Shown piece by piece: positions 61,011 to 64,000 of a DNA stretch of 64,000 nt. The first letter of the stretch is position 1. Each line of letters starts with the position of its first letter. The DNA comes from Nanohaloarchaea archaeon B1-Br10_U2g21 (GTDB taxonomy: Archaea > Nanohalarchaeota > Nanosalinia > Nanosalinales > Nanosalinaceae). The stretch spans positions 48,604 to 112,603 of the forward strand of contig LKMP01000001.1 of NCBI GenBank assembly GCA_001563915.1, in the 5' to 3' direction. The translations under genes were made by a program, and so were the position numbers. The notes beneath the pieces are model-generated. The model searched no databases and was not told the DNA's origin. It saw only the letters and a program-made list of their open reading frames with translations.

Positions 61011-61221
61011 GGTGAAGAGTTTAGTGTGAAAGATATTATGGATGAGTCTGGACTACATCTATCTTATTTTGCCCAACATATTACCTAGTTTAGAGGAAGC
61101 AGGTCTGATTGAGATCGATGAGTTCTCCACCTACGGAGAAGGTTCAACTCGACCTCCTTACAAAGTCGTTGATGAAATGCTTGGGTCACTGGAGTCAATA
61201 GTGAATTATCACTTTGACTGA
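61011..61221 (+). pseudogene. truncated, frameshifted wHTH gene remnant
   Basis: GEEFSVKDIMDESGL then frame change to NILPSLEEAGLIEIDE...YKVVD...HFD-stop; no intact 5' end. Confidence 0.55.
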
Positions 61222-61397
61222 GTCATGGTTTTATCCCATTAACAGTCAGTAGTATTTAACCAGTATTTCAAACTCAATCGGGATATATCCAGTGAAAAAG
61301 TTGAGGTTCTTTGTAATTCAGGAATTTCATAACTAGAATTGGAAATTGACTTTTTAGTAGAGGTTTTTTAACATATGAGCGATATAAATTTAGTAAG

Positions 61398-62285
61398 ATG
61401 GTTAAGCTAGAGGAATTTGATGCCATGTTACGTTCTAGCTCCTCTTTTTTCTCAGGAGCGTCTGGTCGAGAATATAAGACCGAATTACTTTTAAGAAGAT
61501 TTGAAGAAGGTCTAGAAGAATTAGAACAAGGCAATATTTCTCCTGAAGAGTTCGCTAAAAAATTCCCAAGAGGAAAGGTAAGGAACAAACTAATTGAAGT
61601 GTTAAGAAGCGAGTGGATAGATCTGTGTACAACTCAACAAGGCTATAGTACTCAAATTGACGCAAAAGGTAATTCAGTTTTCAGAAAGTTTACGGATACA
61701 GGCGGAAAAATTTTGCCATATCAAGGGTATAAATTAAGAATATCGGCTAAACCTCATGAGGGTAGAGAGATTGCTAAAGCAGTATTACCATTCCTTAGAA
61801 AAAATAATATTGTCCATAAAGTAGCTTTCGATATAGACCGGTTAGAGAGATTTAAAGGAGGTACTCAACAAGGCAAATTCATCAGTATATATCCTACTAT
61901 AGAAGCACAGGGTAAACCTGTTGATTATGGTGCTCAGCTTTTTACTAAGAAGGAATCTGATCTTAATAAGGCCTCAGTAAATATAAACGCTGTAGAATCT
62001 CGAGAGATACTAAATCAGTTATTAAATTTTATCGAGAACTCTCATGTCGGTATAAAAGGCGAGGTTAACGTGCCTACAGATAAACAAGTTAAGAATACAA
62101 GAATTTATTACCGATATGGTATAATCGCTCCATCTAATGGGGTTTACGTTAATGAAATGGAGCAAAAAGTAGTTGGTACTCCTAAAGAAAAGCACTTAGT
62201 AGATGTTTACGGAAATAATGTGCCTGATTCTAGAGAAAACAATAACTGGAAAAAACTGGAAGGAAGAGAGCCATTACTGAAATAA
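61398..62285 (+). CDS. stand-alone phospho-Ser/Thr lyase-like protein (LanKC/LanL N-terminal, OspF/HopA1-like)
   Basis: QGYKLRISA, HKV, QQGKFISIYP, D.....RIYYRYG. Confidence 0.72.
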   Translation: MVKLEEFDAMLRSSSSFFSGASGREYKTELLLRRFEEGLEELEQGNISPEEFAKKFPRGKVRNKLIEVLRSEWIDLCTTQQGYSTQIDAKGNSVFRKFTDTGGKILPYQGYKLRISAKPHEGREIAKAVLPFLRKNNIVHKVAFDIDRLERFKGGTQQGKFISIYPTIEAQGKPVDYGAQLFTKKESDLNKASVNINAVESREILNQLLNFIENSHVGIKGEVNVPTDKQVKNTRIYYRYGIIAPSNGVYVNEMEQKVVGTPKEKHLVDVYGNNVPDSRENNNWKKLEGREPLLK

Positions 62286-62290
62286 TAAAA

Positions 62291-62698
62291 TCAGTTGAAA
62301 AGACTTATTCTATCCATCAATCTCTCCAAGAAAGTTTTTTCAACGTCTTCTAGCTCTTCTACATTTCCTGTCTCATTAGGGTTAATGGCTACTCCATGGT
62401 CATCTCCACATTTATCTCCGACGCTACTAACCACTATGCCATCTCTTATTTCTTCGATCTCGTCTTTTCCTACCTCTTCTTCAATCGTTTGATTTCCACT
62501 CCGACAAAATACAAGTTCGCCTTCAATCCAAGACGTGGAATTCGATTCATGTACCTCCTCTTCTGTAACGTTCTCAAGACTATCATACATATACTGTATG
62601 TTTGTTTCAGAGTCAAAATTCGGGTCTTCCTTTAACGGTTCTGCATTTACAAAACCAATGAATAGGATAAGAGCTCCGAGTATCACTACATAGTTCAT
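62291..62698 (-). CDS. exported acidic protein
   Basis: Signal peptide MNYVVILGALILFIGFVNA, sequons, amphipathic C-tail. Confidence 0.72.
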   Translation of the reverse strand: MNYVVILGALILFIGFVNAEPLKEDPNFDSETNIQYMYDSLENVTEEEVHESNSTSWIEGELVFCRSGNQTIEEEVGKDEIEEIRDGIVVSSVGDKCGDDHGVAINPNETGNVEELEDVEKTFLERLMDRISLFN

Positions 62699-63066
62699 TC
62701 TTGTTCTAACTGAGGAGATCAAACTATATATGGGTTTTGCCTAACTCTCCTGTTTTCAAAGCTAAGAGAGCTTAAGAACGAGTTTCATAGATTAAAGATA
62801 TTAGTTTAAATTTAGTCTTTGCCCTATCAGCGAAAGGTCAAAATTGTCTTGTTGTATTTAAGCTAGTTTTTAAGCTTTAGTAGGTGTTTGAAAGACTTAA
62901 ATTAGTTTTAAACTCTGTTACATTCACTATTTTGTTAGCTGGATTTTATTTATAAGCACGTATAGTGGTTGTTATATAATCGCATTTCTAAGATATTTAG
63001 TGCAATGGTTTTTATCTTTGATAGATAGGCATCCTGAATAAAAAGAATGAAGTAAATAAACAATTT

Positions 63067-63414
63067 ATGGATGGAGAACTTGCTGAAGAGATAATTAAAG
63101 CAAAAGACCGTTATGACAGACAGTTCAAGAATTTTACAAGAAGTTTCTATGTTATGAAATCTGCACTACGATACTTTTCTATTAATCAAGGCCTTTCGTT
63201 TACCTCTTCCAAGATAGCGGACAACTTTCCTGTGACTGCTCCTGTAGCAGGTTCAGCGCTTAAAATATTCGATGAGCTGGGAGTGGTAGAGCCTCGTAAC
63301 AGTTCAAGTTCTCCTGACCGTTACATGCCTTCAGAAGTCAACATGGATAGGCTTCTAGAGGTGGAAGAAGTACTTGTCGAGAGCTTTGAAATAGAAGGGT
63401 TTTTGCCCAAGTAA
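63067..63414 (+). CDS. hypothetical wHTH protein
   Basis: FTSSKIADNF..T..VAGSAL..FDELGVV...SSPDRY. Confidence 0.7.
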   Translation: MDGELAEEIIKAKDRYDRQFKNFTRSFYVMKSALRYFSINQGLSFTSSKIADNFPVTAPVAGSALKIFDELGVVEPRNSSSSPDRYMPSEVNMDRLLEVEEVLVESFEIEGFLPK

Positions 63415-63446
63415 AGATTTAACTTGGAGAATTAATTTCATTTATC

Positions 63447-64000
63447 ATGGAGATTCCACAGATAGGACTGGGCACTTGGCAAAACACGGATTCTGAAACT
63501 TGTAAAAACTCCGTTAAAAACGCTCTAGACATTGGCTATAGACATATAGATACTGCACAAATATATGGGAATGAAGAAAGTGTGGGTCAGGGTATTTCTG
63601 CTTCCAAGGTCGATAGGAGCGAGATATTCTTAGCGTCAAAGGTTTGGGTTGATAAACTGGATTCTGAGGGAGTTGTTAGAAGTACTGAGGAAAGTCTTAG
63701 GAAGCTTGGTGTTGACTACGTTGATTTAATGTATGTTCACTGGCCTTCGGGTAATTATAGGGTCGGCGATACATTTGAAGGATTTCAAGAGCTACTAGAT
63801 AGAGGACTTATAGATAGAGTTGGGGTCAGTAATTTTGATGTAGGTCTATTAAGAGAAGCTGAGAAGCACATTGAAGTATATGCAAATCAGGTTGAGATGC
63901 ATCCTTTACTTCCTCAGAAAGAATTAATGCAATATTGTGCTGCTAATAACATAGAGTTGGTTGCGTACTCGCCACTGGCTCGTGGAGACGTGTTAGAGAC
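63447..64000 (+). CDS. aldo/keto reductase (3' truncated by window edge)
   Basis: Manual translation IGLGTWQ, GYRHIDTAQIYGNE, ASKVW, YVHWP, GVSNF, NQVEMHP, AYSPL. Confidence 0.93.
   Translation, partial: MEIPQIGLGTWQNTDSETCKNSVKNALDIGYRHIDTAQIYGNEESVGQGISASKVDRSEIFLASKVWVDKLDSEGVVRSTEESLRKLGVDYVDLMYVHWPSGNYRVGDTFEGFQELLDRGLIDRVGVSNFDVGLLREAEKHIEVYANQVEMHPLLPQKELMQYCAANNIELVAYSPLARGDVLE

Noticed and set aside
774-62635. Many 60-140 aa antisense or nested ORFs in the track
   Set aside because: Shadows of well-supported genes with S/F/L-rich antisense composition and no motifs
62720-63066. AT-rich gap as replication origin; CACGTATAGTG as NrdR box
   Set aside because: No ORB repeats or adjacent cdc6/orc1; the palindrome is too short and single

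Overview
Gene-dense, AT-rich archaeal chromosome segment. Very acidic exported proteins, GatD/GatE, thermosome, RFC and heavy gene overlap point to a streamlined halophilic DPANN archaeon, most likely Nanohaloarchaeota (inference). Housekeeping content: gatD (partial), gatE, thermosome, rfcL/rfcS, AK6-type kinase, lhr, tatD, dcd, sod, nfo, PINA ATPase, ychF, hisS, rpl40e, tRNA-Thr(GGT) and an intron-containing tRNA-Trp(CCA). There is also an 11-gene type IV pilus locus, a BatA/vWA gene pair, and an nrdR-nrdJ operon with tandem NrdR boxes and a LAGLIDADG intein in nrdJ. Most notable: (i) a stand-alone LanKC/OspF-type phospho-Ser/Thr lyase-like gene in a small variable region after tRNA-Thr; (ii) a tight AbrB-GNAT-deacylase-hisS string; (iii) a 160-nt tRNA-Trp intron with a Cm34 C/D guide and extra hairpins; (iv) a CBS+HPF/RaiA hibernation-factor-like gene coupled to a NYN nuclease; (v) apparent ATA and CTG start codons in stop/start overlaps; (vi) a shared C-terminal amphipathic tail on several exported proteins; (vii) two frameshifted wHTH-like remnants. 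No CRISPR array, rRNA, transposase or integrase was seen. All family calls are by motif recognition; no searches were run.
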